From Octopus bimaculoides (taxonomy: Eukaryota), in the NCBI RefSeq assembly GCF_001194135.2, contig NC_068984.1, positions 56,769,740 through 56,833,739 of the forward strand: 64,000 nt of DNA, read 5' to 3'. The notes below the pieces were generated by a model. The model was not told the DNA's origin. It searched no databases and saw nothing but the letters and a program-made list of their open reading frames with translations. Position numbers and translations under genes: made by a program. Below are positions 50,780-64,000 of the stretch, piece by piece. Position 1 is the first letter of the stretch. Each line of letters begins with the position of its first letter.

Positions 50780-51284
50780 NNNNNNNNNNNNNNNNNNNNN
50801 NNNNNNNNNNNNNNNNNNNNNNNNNNNNNNNNNNNNNNNNNNNNNNNNNNNNNNNNNNNNNNNNNNNNNNNNNNNNNNNNNNNNNNNNNNNNNNNNNNNN
50901 NNNNNNNNNNNNNNNNNNNNNNNNNNNNNNNNNNNNNNNNNNNNNNNNNNNNNNNNNNNNNNNNNNNNNNNNNNNNNNNNNNNNNNNNNNNNNNNNNNNN
51001 NNNNNNNNNNNNNNNNNNNNNNNNNNNNNNNNNNNNNNNNNNNNNNNNNNNNNNNNNNNNNNNNNNNNNNNNNNNNNNNNNNNNNNNNNNNNNNNNNNNN
51101 NNNNNNNNNNNNNNNNNNNNNNNNNNNNNNNNNNNNNNNNNNNNNNNNNNNNNNNNNNNNNNNNNNNNNNNNNNNNNNNNNNNNNNNNNNNNNNNNNNNN
51201 NNNNNNNNNNNNNNNNNNNNNNNNNNNNNNNNNNNNNNNNNNNNNNNNNNNNNNNNNNNNNNNNNNNNNNNNNNNNNNNNNNNN
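50780..51284. other. Assembly gap (N run)
   Basis: Run of N flanked by (TA)n. Confidence 0.99.
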
Positions 51285-51321
<37 letters not shown>

Positions 51322-53055
51322 TGTGTATGTGTGTGTGTGCGCAAGCATGGCTCTATGAATACCAAGCTTACTTTGTAAACTACAGGTTCTATGCCACTGT
51401 ATAGCACCATGGGCAATCTTTAGGTCAACCAATGCTTTATGATTAGAATTAGTCGACAAAAACTGTATGGAAGCCTCTGTGTGTGTGTGTGGACATTCCA
51501 TATTTTGCAAGACTATATCTGAGCAAAAATGATGAGGTAATGTTTGCGTTTTCTGTAAACAATGTGTATGTTTTGAAAGACCAGTGGCATACAAAATCCT
51601 TTACTATTAGTATTAATACCACTATTAATATTATTAGAAAGGTGAAGAAAATCTGTTTTGCCCATTGTTTATGTCTGGTGGACAAGTGATGAAAATATCT
51701 GACATCTTTTGATTTTTTTAAGAAATTAGGAATTATACACCACATCCAGTAAAGAACTCAGCAAACTGTATGTTCATGTGTCTGCATGTAATGAGTAGAA
51801 TTTATATTAAAAAAATGACTGTTGTTGGATTTTTTTAATTCTTTTTTAACAAAAAAAATAAATAAATAAATATTTGTACTTGGAGAAAAAAAGAGGGTGG
51901 AACCAAATCGGCCAGATGTCTTCCATTTGTACATGAGGCTTTCTTCTCTTATCTATCTTTAAGATACAAGTTTGTTTATGTGTGATGTTTAGCCCATGGT
52001 ATATTCTGTGTTCTGAGGAATGTTTGTATCAGATTCCAAGATTAGAGATAGTATGTATGTTGAACAATCAAAGGATGGTTTTCAACCATCAATACATGTG
52101 TTTCAGATAAGCAAGTCACTAAATAATAGCAAGGATACTTTTATGCTAATGGTATTGAGTATTACAAAAGTGTTTTTATGGGAGAAAGAAGAGCAAATAC
52201 TAGCTGTTAAAGAAACAAGTTTTATGTTGCATCTCTAAGTAAATTTCTACTTTGAATTGACCTTCAGTGCTGCTCATAGCATTAGGATATTTTGAATAAA
52301 AGAATTCAATCTAAAAAGCCTCATATAACTCTGTTACTAATCAATGGAAAATTCTCGTCCTGTCTTTTTAAAAGGAAATTATTTTATTTAGTTTGTCACT
52401 TTTCCATCACTCTACCATCACACCTCAATCACTCTATTTCTCTTGTTATACTCTTGCTCCCTGGCCCTGCTATTATCACTATCTCTTCTATTCAGCTGCT
52501 CTTGGTCATACATCCTCAAACAAACTGAGATTTCACAGAGTTGGAAGGACCCTTAAGACTTGTCGAGCACATGGCCCTCTTTCTCTAGTGTTGGCACTAT
52601 GATAAAATGTATCTGTTACTCTCTGTAAAATGGTTTGTGTTAAGAAGAGCATCTACTCATAGAAAGTTTGCCAATATTTGGAAAATGTATGAGTGACATG
52701 TACTCCTCTCCATAAGAACTGACTTGAACCTTCCAACCCACACTAGCATGGAAGCAGATGTAAAATGATGTGATGATGATATCTATTTGTGGATGTATGA
52801 ATATATGTAGGTAGGTAGATAGGTTAGGTATGTCTCTCAAGCATAGATAGATGTATATGTACAAGAAAGAGAGAGGTCTCTGAATTAGTTTTGGCTCTGG
52901 TCTCTGCTCATAAAACGTTTTTAAAATACATCTAGAGTTTACATTTTTTTATTTAGCTGCTGTAGTTAGTTAAACTTACATCTATGTAATAATCAGATCA
53001 ACTTGTTAATGATATATTAGTTATTAAATTATTTTTGTGATCTCAGTATAAAGAA

Positions 53056-53485
53056 GATTAAAAAATTTGCTTCCCAATCACTTGGTTTTGGGTTCAGTCC
53101 CACAGCATGGCACATTGTGCAAGTGCCTTCTATTATAGCCCCAGACTTAGGACTATAGTAGACAATTTGTTGTAAGTGTGTGTGTGTGTGTGTGCACACG
53201 TGTTCATGTGTGAGTCAGAGTGAGCTTGCAATTTTCCAGTTGTCATGTGTTTGCTCATTAGTTGTAAACAAAAATTGCATGTTTTGGTGTCATTTGTTTC
53301 CATATATCCATGTAGACATGTCTGAGTTGTTTGTTCAATAGGCTGGAAAATAATTACTTAACTTGGAAACCAGTGGGGTTTGGTGATAGGAAGAGCATCT
53401 GGCTATAGAAAACTCTGCTCCATCATACTCTTGTCTGACCCATGCAATCATGGAAAAGTAGACATAAAAACGACAAGGATGATGC
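53056..53485 (+). mobile_element. SINE family B, tail type 2 (RTE-like tail)
   Basis: Head gcttcccaatcac..gggttcagtccc..ggcacattgtgcaagtgcc; tail ggtgataggaagagcatctggctatagaaa...gacccatgcaatcatggaaaag...gatgatg. Confidence 0.75.
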
Positions 53486-54000
53486 TTTTATACACACATA
53501 CACACAACATGCATACATGCATGCATGCATTAATTAATTAATTAATTCTGAATGAGGAATATTTCATATTGTGTTTTTTACATTGAAAGAAAGTATAGTA
53601 AGAGAAGTGCATTAGTGTCTTCATAGGAATAGATTTTCTGTCTGTTTTCTATTCATTTGTAATTTCTGTAGTTTAAAGTGCATCTCACATAGCTATGCTA
53701 TATCCACTGTGTATCAGCCCTTGCTGAATCAGCATTCTGCTGATGGATGTCCAATAATAGCGATATTCTGATTGGATATATTTGTTGGACTACAACTATT
53801 ATCATGCTGCAATATTTTCGTTTCCTTTATATTTCTATACATTAAAGTTATACTACATTATGATGCCTTTCGTTTTATTATCAACAAGAATACTTCAAAA
53901 GATTTGGTTTTTCATAAAAAAGATATGCATATTATATTTAAGAAAGCCTTTCAGGACTGTACATGTATGTGTGTGCACAAGTTGCTCTCTCTCTCTCGCT

Positions 54001-54053
<53 letters not shown>

Positions 54054-54664
54054 ATATAAATGTCTGTGAGTAGGTAGTGTATTTTGATTTATTATAACCT
54101 TTTTTGAAATTTGACTTTAAAATGAAGCTTATTTGATAAATTGAAGAGTTATCTTTTAGATCTTTCCATTTTTCTATATCTATATTTCATTATTTTAGAT
54201 CAAACATTATATCATCATGCCTTTTGATGGTCTACATGTTGTATGGACAGGAAAACAACAGAAGCAGTATAATTGGATAATAGAATTTTGGGGAAAAACA
54301 TTCAAAGATGTGTTTGATGCTATTGAACACCTTTTTCTTTTTTTTTCAATGATTGAAGTAACAACACAGTATTATATTGATTTCCAATCACTATGTGGTT
54401 CTGACTTGCTGACTAGAACAAAAATTATTTTTGGCTGCATCAACAGGGTGAAATAATTTAAGCAAATATGAATGGTTGTATAAGTTTTGCTTATAAACAT
54501 AATACTCAGTTGAGTCTGTGTAACATTTGTAAGTATAGAATGAATGACCTGTTGAATGAATGATGTTCATGGTGATGGCAACAACAACTATGGCTATAAA
54601 AAAAAGAAGATTATACTGTCTTTCCTTGTTGTTTTTCACTATACACACATACACATCTTAGGTA

Positions 54665-55070
54665 CAAAAATGGCTGTGTGGTTAAAAAGCTTGCTTCCCA
54701 ACCATGTAGGTTCAGGTTCAGTTGTCTGCATTGTACCCTGGGCAAGTGTCTGCTAATGGAAACCCAGATTGACTAAAGTTGTGTGAGCAGATTTGATAGA
54801 TGGAAACTGAAAGAAGCCCATTGTATATGTGTGCATTGTCATGACATCATATAGTTGTTGTGCATGAATGTCACTGTCATACACGTGTTATTCATTTCCA
54901 AGTATTTGTGGGAAACGTGCCTAGCCACTGGTGTGATGAAATATTACCTTCATGGAAAACAGGCAAGGATTAGCAACAGGAAGGACATCTGACTGTAGAA
55001 AATCTGCCTAAATTTGTTCTATCTAACCCATGCAAGTATGGAAAATGGATGTTGAAATGATGATGATGAT
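54665..55070 (+). mobile_element. SINE family B, tail type 2 (RTE-like tail)
   Basis: Head ggctgtgtggttaaaaagcttgcttcccaacc; tail gcaacaggaaggacatctgactgtagaaa...aacccatgcaagtatggaaaatggatgttgaaat(gat)n. Confidence 0.8.
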
Positions 55071-55978
55071 ATATATATAATCTAAAGATTTCTTTTTTTA
55101 GATAATTTATTGAAAAATGATCTAACAATTCTGATAACAGTTTGGCTTGAATACAAATACTTTAGGTGCACACTCATGCACACACACACACACACGCACA
55201 CGCACACACACACACACACACACACATAGTTATTACCATATGGTGGAACTGTATCAAATCCAAACAGGTTGATAAGTGACTAGCTAGCAGACTTAACTAA
55301 ACTAATCTAATTTGGAATGGTTAAATATCTCTTTCCTCCTACATACTCAGTCCATAGCTGCAAGTGCAGTAGAAAGCATATGACTGCAATCCATGCATAA
55401 AATATAAAATCATTTAAACTTTGCAGGAACAGTTTAACCTAGTAGAAATAACAGCCAATGTGCTGTTCCCTTGTGTTTGTTTTTCTCTCTCTCCTTACTC
55501 TATTGCTGGTACAATGATCTCTTTCTCTGAATTAGTTAGTTACATACTATATCTAACCAAGCTCACCTCACATTCTTCTCTCTCCTCCATTTGCCACTCC
55601 AGCTGTGTCTTGTTATTCATGTTGTGTACTAACCACTATGCTGAGTCTTTCCTTCCTATAATGTCAACTTTCGAGAATTCACTCCTTGCACATATGCTTT
55701 CTCCAGGCATCAACTAACAGATGTTGAAGCTGAACATAAACTGCATTGATCTCACTAGTGTTGGAAGATATGTGAAGCACATTGATACAACTATTTGCAT
55801 TTGACTATGTCTTACAAGAACAAATAATTTCTGGGTTCTAGATGTAAAATTAGATCATTCATATATGTGATATAAATAGAAGTACAAAAAGCTAAGTTTA
55901 AATGTTTTGAAACCACCATGTTACTGTGAATCATTCAAATCTTTTATTTACTAATAATATCTTTAGTTATCAGTTCTG

Positions 55979-56037
55979 TTAGCAGTAATACATTTTGCAT
56001 TAGCAGTAATACATTAGCATTAGCAGTAATATATTTT
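55979..56037. repeat. About 20-bp minisatellite, 3 copies
   Basis: ttagcagtaatacatt..gca repeated. Confidence 0.85.
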
Positions 56038-56495
56038 GTGAACTTAATGATTCTTATCATTGGCATCAGCTCTTATGAATTTTGAAATCGAGTATGGTTT
56101 ATTGCAGCATTTTAATTCTTAATGTTAGTCAGTGCTGTTGTTGAATCCCAATTAGCCCTGAATAAGCAGATATATAATTAAAGATATTCAAGCATGAACA
56201 TACCTACTGTTTTTTTTCAGCAAAGCAATGTATACTCCCATTTTTCAGATATTGCAGTTGATCTAAGATATAATTTTACTGCTGTTTCTAGCATAAACAA
56301 TTTCATTGTTGTCTTTTAATGTTAGTCATGTATGTATGTCATAGAATTGGTACTCATCCTCAGCTAGGTTGACTGCGTTAAGCCTAAAGATTTCAGGTAA
56401 TGCTTGATAGGAACCTATAATGTTTAAGTTAGTTATCTAATGTCTTAACTACACAGCTGTAAACCATCTAAATAATGAGATAATGGAGTATCTAT

Positions 56496-56910
56496 GTAAA
56501 CATTTGACCTACTAGAAATAGCTGTTAAATATTCCTGAGATCAAACCCTACTGCTTTAAAGTAAAAGGAAAGGACACATTGGGTATTATAGTCTACTTAA
56601 AAATGTATGGGGTGGTCATGGCTAGAATGCCTTTCAACATAGGTTTATATAGAGGTTGAGCAACAAAAAGAAAACTGGTTTTAGGATTTGACTTTGTTAG
56701 AAATAAAATAATTATGAAAAAAAGATTATTGTTTTGCTCAACAAGCAAGCCTATGATCAAAAGTGTCCCAGTCATGACTTTCCTATCTTTTTATTCAGAT
56801 GTAATGTAACTAAGACAATATTATCTTGTGTGTTATTTCTCTTTTTAAGACAGAAGGATGTGATTTGAGGGAAATTTGACTGCTATTTCTAACAGGTCAA
56901 ACAACCATAG
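56496..56910. mobile_element. Head-to-head inverted pair of a short unclassified repeat family
   Basis: 56496-56666 (-) and 56729-56910 (+). The family (ctatgatcaaaggcattccagccatgaccatcc...gatttgaggg..tttggctgctatttct) also occurs near 6200, 19050, 31900, 38870, 44900, 57850, 58080 and 62030. Confidence 0.6.
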
Positions 56911-59194
56911 GAGGCCAGCTCATTGGTTAAAATCCACCCTCACCCCATAATGATATAATGGAGAAAATGAAAGCCATAGTTGTGGTGATGGTGGTGGGGT
57001 GAGAAATCATCATTGACCTTTATTTAGAGTTAGCTTCATGTTGTGGGTTAAGTAAGGTTTGGAAGAGGCAGCAATATCATTGGTTGTCTTTTTCTCCCTG
57101 TCCCTATTCATATTCACTGGCTGACATTTCCTTAGTCAATTTAACTCATTCTGTTCAGCTATTCCTTTCATTTACATAAGCTATGTTTACTTATCAGTCA
57201 TGAGTAAACTGCAAAAATTTATTCACCTAGTTCTCATATTTCATCTCTCAAAACATGTCCATACTTCTCTCTGTGGACATAGTCAAATAGTTACATGATA
57301 GTTCAAATGCAGTAGTGGTAGTAGTACTTGTCTATGTGTGTGTGTGTGTGATGTTATATAGATAAGAATTTATGCATTAATTTACACATAAATAATACAT
57401 TGATGGAGGCATGAATTGTAGCTACATTAAAAAACTTTTTTTTGTTTTATTTCTCAATAAAGTCATTGTTATATTTCTCTAATGACAATTTGAAGATATT
57501 AGAACAAGTGTAGAAATAAGAGACACTTGAAATCATCATGGAACTTTTTCCCCCTCGTTTGCATATTTTCTGTGTAAAAAAATATTTGAAACTGAGGTCA
57601 ACAAGAAAGATCTTCATTTTGTTTTGTAGTTGTTTGTTGATTTATTCGACTCTGATACTGTTCTCATATTAATATCATTGATATAAGGAAAGATGAAAGG
57701 TTATGTCAATCTCAGTTATTACTAGAACTCAGAATAATAGACATTCAACCTTTGTACTAAGTCAACAGTCTTTTATATCCTATTAGCATTTGTCTAAATG
57801 AAGTTTAAGAAGTGTTATGCATTGTTGCTGCTGTTTGCTTAACCCCAGATCAAAGGTGATGAAACAGATCTATGTTAAAAGCATTCCAGCCATGGCCAGC
57901 CCATCTACTTTTCTAACTATGTATTTAAGACTACATTATGCACTGTGTCCTTTGGGTTGGATTGAGTACTCTTTCTAACTGGTTGAATGACTAATGTAGA
58001 AACTTTCTCAGTGCCAGAAGTGTTGCATTACCTTCCAAATGTTGTTGTCATTGCTGCTTAGCTCTAGGTTAGCCCTGATTGTGCAGGTCTTGATTAAAGG
58101 TATTCCAACCATAACTACCTTATTTTTTCAATGTTCATCATCATGTTAAATGTTCATAATAAACAATTATGAACATTCAATGTTCATAATAATCAATGCA
58201 TCCTTTCTAAGATAGTCTATCATCTTAATGAATATCAATGCATTGTAAAATGTAGTCCTTGTACTAAATAGCAAGATGATTACTGTTGGAAAATCTTTTA
58301 TTATATGTCTTGTTATCAGGGCTGACCTAGGGCTAAACTACAATGTTTTCTCTTTCTCTCTCTTTCAAGCTTAGGGAAATAAAAGCTTTAACCACTTTCT
58401 TGTCAATAAAAAATCTAATTAATTTCTATCCAAAAATGAAGATCAACATGATATTTCTGTCTGATCCCACAGTAAACATTGTTGTATATCCTCTCTTGAC
58501 ATTCAGCAGATACACTTACTTATTAGGAAATAAAACATTTTATCCAGATATTTAAATTTTTCTCAAAGTTCCTTTGATATATTGCCTATCTTTATTAATT
58601 TTTGTTTTGTTTTGTTGTGTTATTTAATTCTTTGTTTTAGAAAAATAAGGTAATGTAAAGATGAATAAATATAACTAACTTGGAAATAAGACACTATAAG
58701 ATTTAAGAGTATCTTAAATATGCCTTCATTTGCAATCATAAAATAGTTTTAAATAGTTTAATATTGCCTTTTTTTAATTATGATTTTAGTTTTTGAAATG
58801 ACAATATGAAATTTCTATAAATTTCTGTGCAAGAGTGAAGATTGATATGACATCACTATTTCAACCCATAGTAAACATTGCATTACATATCCCCTCTCTC
58901 TTAGCATCTTGTAGATGTTTTAGCTTTTTTATTTTTTGACTTGTTTTAGTCATTGGACTGTGGCCATGCTGTGGCACTCCCTTGAAAGGTTTAGTTAAAT
59001 AAATTGACCCCGTACTTATTTTTTGAAGTCTGGTACTATTATGTTGATTGCTTTTGCTGAACTTCTAAGTTATGTGAATGTAAGCAAACCAACAATGGTT
59101 GTCAAGTAGTGGGTGGGGGGGACAAACACAAGGACAAGCATATACGTATGTACATATGTATGTCTCTATGTATGTATGTTGTTTACTGTTCTGT

Positions 59195-59419
59195 TTACCC
59201 TTTAACATTTAAATCAGCCATATCAGGCTCAAACATTCTACCTGTGTAATGTTCAAACTCAGATCTGGGCTCTCACACCTACCTTACAATGTCATTCTAA
59301 AAATAAACAATCATATCATCAAAATCTTGAAGTTACAAGATAATGCATGATTAATTCAAAACAATGTGAGTAAAGAAGCATTACATTTGACAAAGTAATC
59401 TGAATACTAAAAGGTTCAA
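59195..59419 (+). mobile_element. piggyBac-like MITE
   Basis: Ends ttaccctttaacatt...tactaaaaggttcaa; homologous to 28542-28757. Confidence 0.7.
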
Positions 59420-59473
59420 GGTAAGATCAACAAAAATAGAACTCGTGAGATATAAATATCAATTAATGTAATC

Positions 59474-59655
59474 AGTTTAAAGATAAGAGCAACTAATAGT
59501 TTCTTGATGTGAAGACATGTGGCAAGGCCAGTTTTGAGTGTCCTGTATCTCCAAGCACTCTAGAGTCCTAAGATTGCTTGGAGACACATTATAAAAATCT
59601 GCCTAGCCACAGGTCTTCACAGCAAGAAACTATTAGTTGTTCTTATCTTTAAACT
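59474..59655. mobile_element. Fold-back (near-palindromic) MITE
   Basis: Arms AGTTTAAAGATAAGAGCAACTAATAGTTTCTTGATGTGAAGACATGTGGC and their reverse complement at the right end; inner arm TGTATCTCCAAGCA / TGCTTGGAGACACA. Confidence 0.85.
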
Positions 59656-60459
59656 ATGTACATTAAATAATACACACACACACACACACACAAAATGGGC
59701 TTCTTTCAGTTTCCTTCTACTAAATCCACTCACAAGGCTTTGATCAGTCCAGGGCTATAATAGACACTTGCCCAAGGTGCCATATTTGTGAATGAACTTA
59801 AAATTATGTGGTTAGCATGCAGACTTCTTACTACACAGTCACCATACTTTTCACCTAGATTTGTCGACTTTCCTCAAAATTTCTTTGGTACAATTTACTA
59901 CAGTAAATTTAGGTTAAAATAGAAAAAAAATTTTGATGTTTTTCTAATTTAATCCTCTCTTTCCACAAACAAGTTAAAACAAGAATGATTAAATATAACT
60001 AACTTGGAAATATGACATACTTCTAGGACTTAAGAGGGTCTTAAATATGATTTCATTTATGATCATACAATAATATCAGGAAAACTGCCTTCTTTTGTTA
60101 TTTTAGATTTTTAAATAAAATTTGTCTAAAAATATTGAAAAACTATTCATATATTAAAAAAAAAACCCAAAGCAAACTTTATATATTTTCAATAAATACA
60201 AACCTTTTTTTTAATTCAGTTTGGGTTATAAGAAATAGTTTACATTTTTGCTTAGTTTGAAAATTTATTTCTTACATCTACAGACATCTTGAATTATCAT
60301 CATCATAAACCTCAACATCATTGTCATCATCATTAATTCTTATATTTGTAGGGGTGGTGGTGGTAGTGGTATATTTGAGACACAATTTATCTCTATTTTT
60401 CTTTCTCTCACATTTCCTGATACTCTCTTTTATTTTGTGTGGTGTATGTATGTAGATAA

Positions 60460-60490
<31 letters not shown>

Positions 60491-60961
60491 CATGCATGCA
60501 TATACTCATACCTACATACATATATACACATACATACAGAAAGAGAGAGGGGAGAAAGAACATTAATATTAAGATTTGTGAAAAATAAATATCTCTATTA
60601 TGGTGTTCACAAAGCGTAAAACAATCTCAATGTGCTTGTAGAATTTACTGGATAGTATCTTCTTTGCCATTATATAAAGGAATGACAAGCAGTTAGCAAG
60701 TTCAATAATAATAAATAGTCAATTTATTATCTTTCTATTTTAGATTCTGGTGTTGCAGCCATCACTATGATTCCTTGGTTATTATCTACTTGATATGTTG
60801 CATTCCTACTACTGCAGCAGTTAAAACTCTAGGGATTTCAAAAATCAATGGCAAATGGTTGATAGAAGGTTGAACAGAGAAAAGGCATAGTAATTATTAT
60901 AAAGAGTGTTTGTATTGGTCAGTAGTCTACACTTGATAGGATAAAAAGGGAAATAACTTCT

Positions 60962-60962
60962 G

Positions 60963-61010
<48 letters not shown>
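60962..61010. repeat. (CTAT)n microsatellite
   Basis: Direct reading. Confidence 0.95.
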
Positions 61011-61011
<1 letters not shown>

Positions 61012-61026
61012 CTCACCCCCCCCCCC

Positions 61027-61036
61027 NNNNNNNNNN
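61027..61036. other. Short assembly gap (10 N)
   Basis: Run of N. Confidence 0.99.
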
Positions 61037-61384
61037 CTCTCTAACACGACAGATATTATCCAATGAAATAATTCGTTAAAAGTGGGGAACAGATTAAAGT
61101 GCAGTGTGGGCCTTGCTATTGCTGGGAAACAACTAGACTTGGAGGCGAAATATTTAATTATATATTGATATTTAAAAGCATGCAAAAGCATTTTGTTCAA
61201 ATAGATTTCAAAGAGATTTATATTTATGTTATCTATCTACAATATCCATTGTTCTCTGTGGGTGATTAATCATCATCATCATTATTATTAAATAACAAAT
61301 AAGTATACATCAAAGTAACTTTTGCCACTGAATTGGATATTAAACTTCAATAATTAAAGTTACATATATATGTGTATGAGTGCA

Positions 61385-61403
61385 CACATACACACATGTA
61401 CAC

Positions 61404-61492
<89 letters not shown>

Positions 61493-61510
61493 ACACAACA
61501 CACATACATA
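61385..61510. repeat. (CA)n microsatellite
   Basis: Direct reading. Confidence 0.95.
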
Positions 61511-64000
61511 AATGCATGTATAAAAGAGCATAAAAGTTTTTTATACATATATATATATATATATATATAAAACTTTTATGCTCTTTTACCTTGTATTTAA
61601 TTTATATTCCGTGCCAATTATTTGGTTTCGGAGCAAACAAATGATTTCTTAACTTAATATCTGATATTACAAATGATATAAGGGATTCTTTTTTCTGCTT
61701 GCTCTTAATTTTTTTTTTTTAAAAAGGTTTAATTGAACACATTTGGAAACTATTAAATTGAGTCAAAGTGACCTGAACATTTAGGTTTTATTTTCTCTAA
61801 GGATGGGAAATTTTGCTGTAAGAGTAACTGAATCATTTTCACTAAAAACTGAATATGATTTGCAGATGTGGTATTTGAAAAATATAGAATAACTGATTTT
61901 TGATTGGTATTCCTCATATAGCTTTCAACACTACATACTAACTTATTTTCAAAAGCTTGAAAAAATACAAATGATATCAATAGCTCTGGAAGATCCTCAT
62001 ATTTTTTCATATATAAGCCCTGATCAAGCAAATAGACCTATGTTGAAAGGCATTCTAGCCATGACCATCCCATATATTTTTAAGTAGATTAATTTTGATA
62101 TCATCTATTTATTTTGAATATCCAGATATCTGTATCTATCAGAATTTTGCTCATACTAATCAATAGCTTTACATACCTTTGCAGCTATAAAAAAATAAAA
62201 TAAAATCTGGCAGAGAATTTCACACATAGACGATTAGTGTAATTTAGCTGAAAACTAATTGCATATTAATTGTTTGTGTTATATCAAAGCGATATCTGTA
62301 CTATATGTAAGCATTTAATATTAGCATAGTTGGAATAATTTTATATGAAGAGAATAATACATTTAACTCTCTTGTAGTCAAGATTCATCATTAAATGTTC
62401 TGCTATGCTTACATTAGTCCTCAAATGGCTGGTCAATTCCTATGTTATTTGCCTTCAAAGAATAAATTGAATTGGAGATTTGTTAAGGTATTGGACAAAA
62501 TCTAGTGATAGTTAATTAGGGCACTTTTCATTCTAATAACATTCAAAGTTCATATCTTTCTGAGGTCAGCTCTGCCTTTTCATCCATCTGGGATTAATAA
62601 TATAAAGTACCAGAGAGGTACTTGGTTGATTTGTATTCCTATTATGCATCCTAGATGATAAAAATAAATTGATTAAAATATAGTGCTTTATGATCTGTTC
62701 AATAAACAATTGTTAAGATAATAAATTTATACCTTAACCCAAACATGGTCAACCTTTTTGAGAAGTGAGCTGTATGAGAAATGGCTCTTCATCAGCTGAT
62801 CATACTACTAAAAAAATTCAAGGTAATTTTTTTGATATGTGTTATTCAGAAAGTTCTATGTGCTACATTTTGCCCAAAACTACTCTAACCTGTCTATATT
62901 TTCGGTAACAATAAAAAACAAGAATTCAAATTGATGTTTCATTGTTTACAATGATAAGCACTGTAAAGTAAAAGATTATATGTCTCAGTTGCTTTTTGCA
63001 GTCATTATTTTTGTCTTATGTTGAGAATACTCTTGCAAAGGCATAAACATTGCATCGTTTCATTCTTTCTTGTCTATAAGCCCAAGACACCAGACACATC
63101 CTAGCCTCCAAATATCCCTTAAACTTCAGCCTAACATTTTAAAAGTTAGAAGATATACTGGATAACCTAGACTAATCTGAGTATGACAGTTTGTAAGCAG
63201 TCAGTGATAATCAGGAATAATCACTAAAAAAAAAAAAAATGCAATCATTATGTTCTGAGATGGGGTACAGTAAATAAATTGGCTATAACTGATATAATAA
63301 AGCAGAAATGTTTTCTATAAGATTTAAAAATATATAAGTAAAATGTCTGCTCAAAAATAAGGCAGGAAATCAAAGAATATGACCTTTTGATGTTTCTGAA
63401 TTCAACAGGAATGCAGAATATTATATAAAGGATCTAATTGTCACTTGTGGAGGGTAAATGTGAGGTTATTACTATGAAAAAAAAAAAAAAAAGAAACCTT
63501 GGTGGAAATCAATGAACATCTATTTATTGCTGGCTTACACAAACCATCCCCAAGGAATATATGGTGTTAAGCTGTTAACTGGCTACAAAAGAACTGCATC
63601 CTCTAGAGATTTTCATAGATGGCCACAATATTTTTACTAATAAATCTGTCTACATAGACATATTGTTTTTCTTTTTCCTTCCAGCATGTATGTATATCTG
63701 TAATGTAATATATATATATGTGCACATACACTTGTATATATTTTCTTGTACATCACCTTTTTTTTTATTCTAATAAATATGCTCTTCTATAGGTATTACT
63801 CTGGGAAATTTATAGAAAGTTAATGTAACCTGAACTGTTTGCAAACCCTAAAGGTCTCTTTTATTTATACGATGCAATATTTCTTGAAACTCATATGTGT
63901 CTGCTGCTAATTCATTATCATTCTTCACTTATAGACTTTGACTTAACTTGAACTCCTGTAGCTATAACCTTGGAGGTTGTATTCTTACTTGCTTCCAAGA

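Larger units (their letters stand above)
58925..59830 (-). mobile_element. SINE family B split by two nested MITEs
   Basis: Tail at 58925-59135 and head at 59695-59830, collinear with the intact copy at 34265-34636. Confidence 0.7.

Noticed and set aside
50621-51594. Long ORFs of 227-285 aa
   Set aside because: They span an N gap and (TA)n repeats; artefacts.
55421-55717. 98-aa ORF
   Set aside because: Pyrimidine-rich, Ser/Leu-biased and without a motif; likely chance or a decayed LINE antisense.

Overview
AT-rich, CpG-depleted animal genomic DNA with four assembly gaps and dense microsatellites. The repeat content resembles a coleoid cephalopod (Octopus-like) genome; this is an inference, not checked. 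I could not recognise any host protein-coding exon, and nearly all ORF-track entries are microsatellite, gap or repeat artefacts, so the window looks intronic or intergenic. It is packed with tRNA-derived SINEs (some with exact TSDs), RTE-like 3' tails, several MITE types and decayed LINE fragments. The main signal is a Penelope-like element (PLE) hotspot at about 20.2-26.7 kb. It holds a TSD-bounded, 5'-inverted PLE (RT plus GIY-YIG, minus strand) whose 3' end is a tRNA-like Pol III head, an (AAT)n linker and a hammerhead-ribozyme repeat. It also holds further PLE fragments and, in total, four type I hammerhead motifs from three unrelated sequence families, all showing CpG-type decay. Other notable structures are a roughly 9-unit head-to-tail SINE array of mixed age (46.4-48.3 kb), a 182-bp fold-back element and several short template-switch-like inverted repeats.
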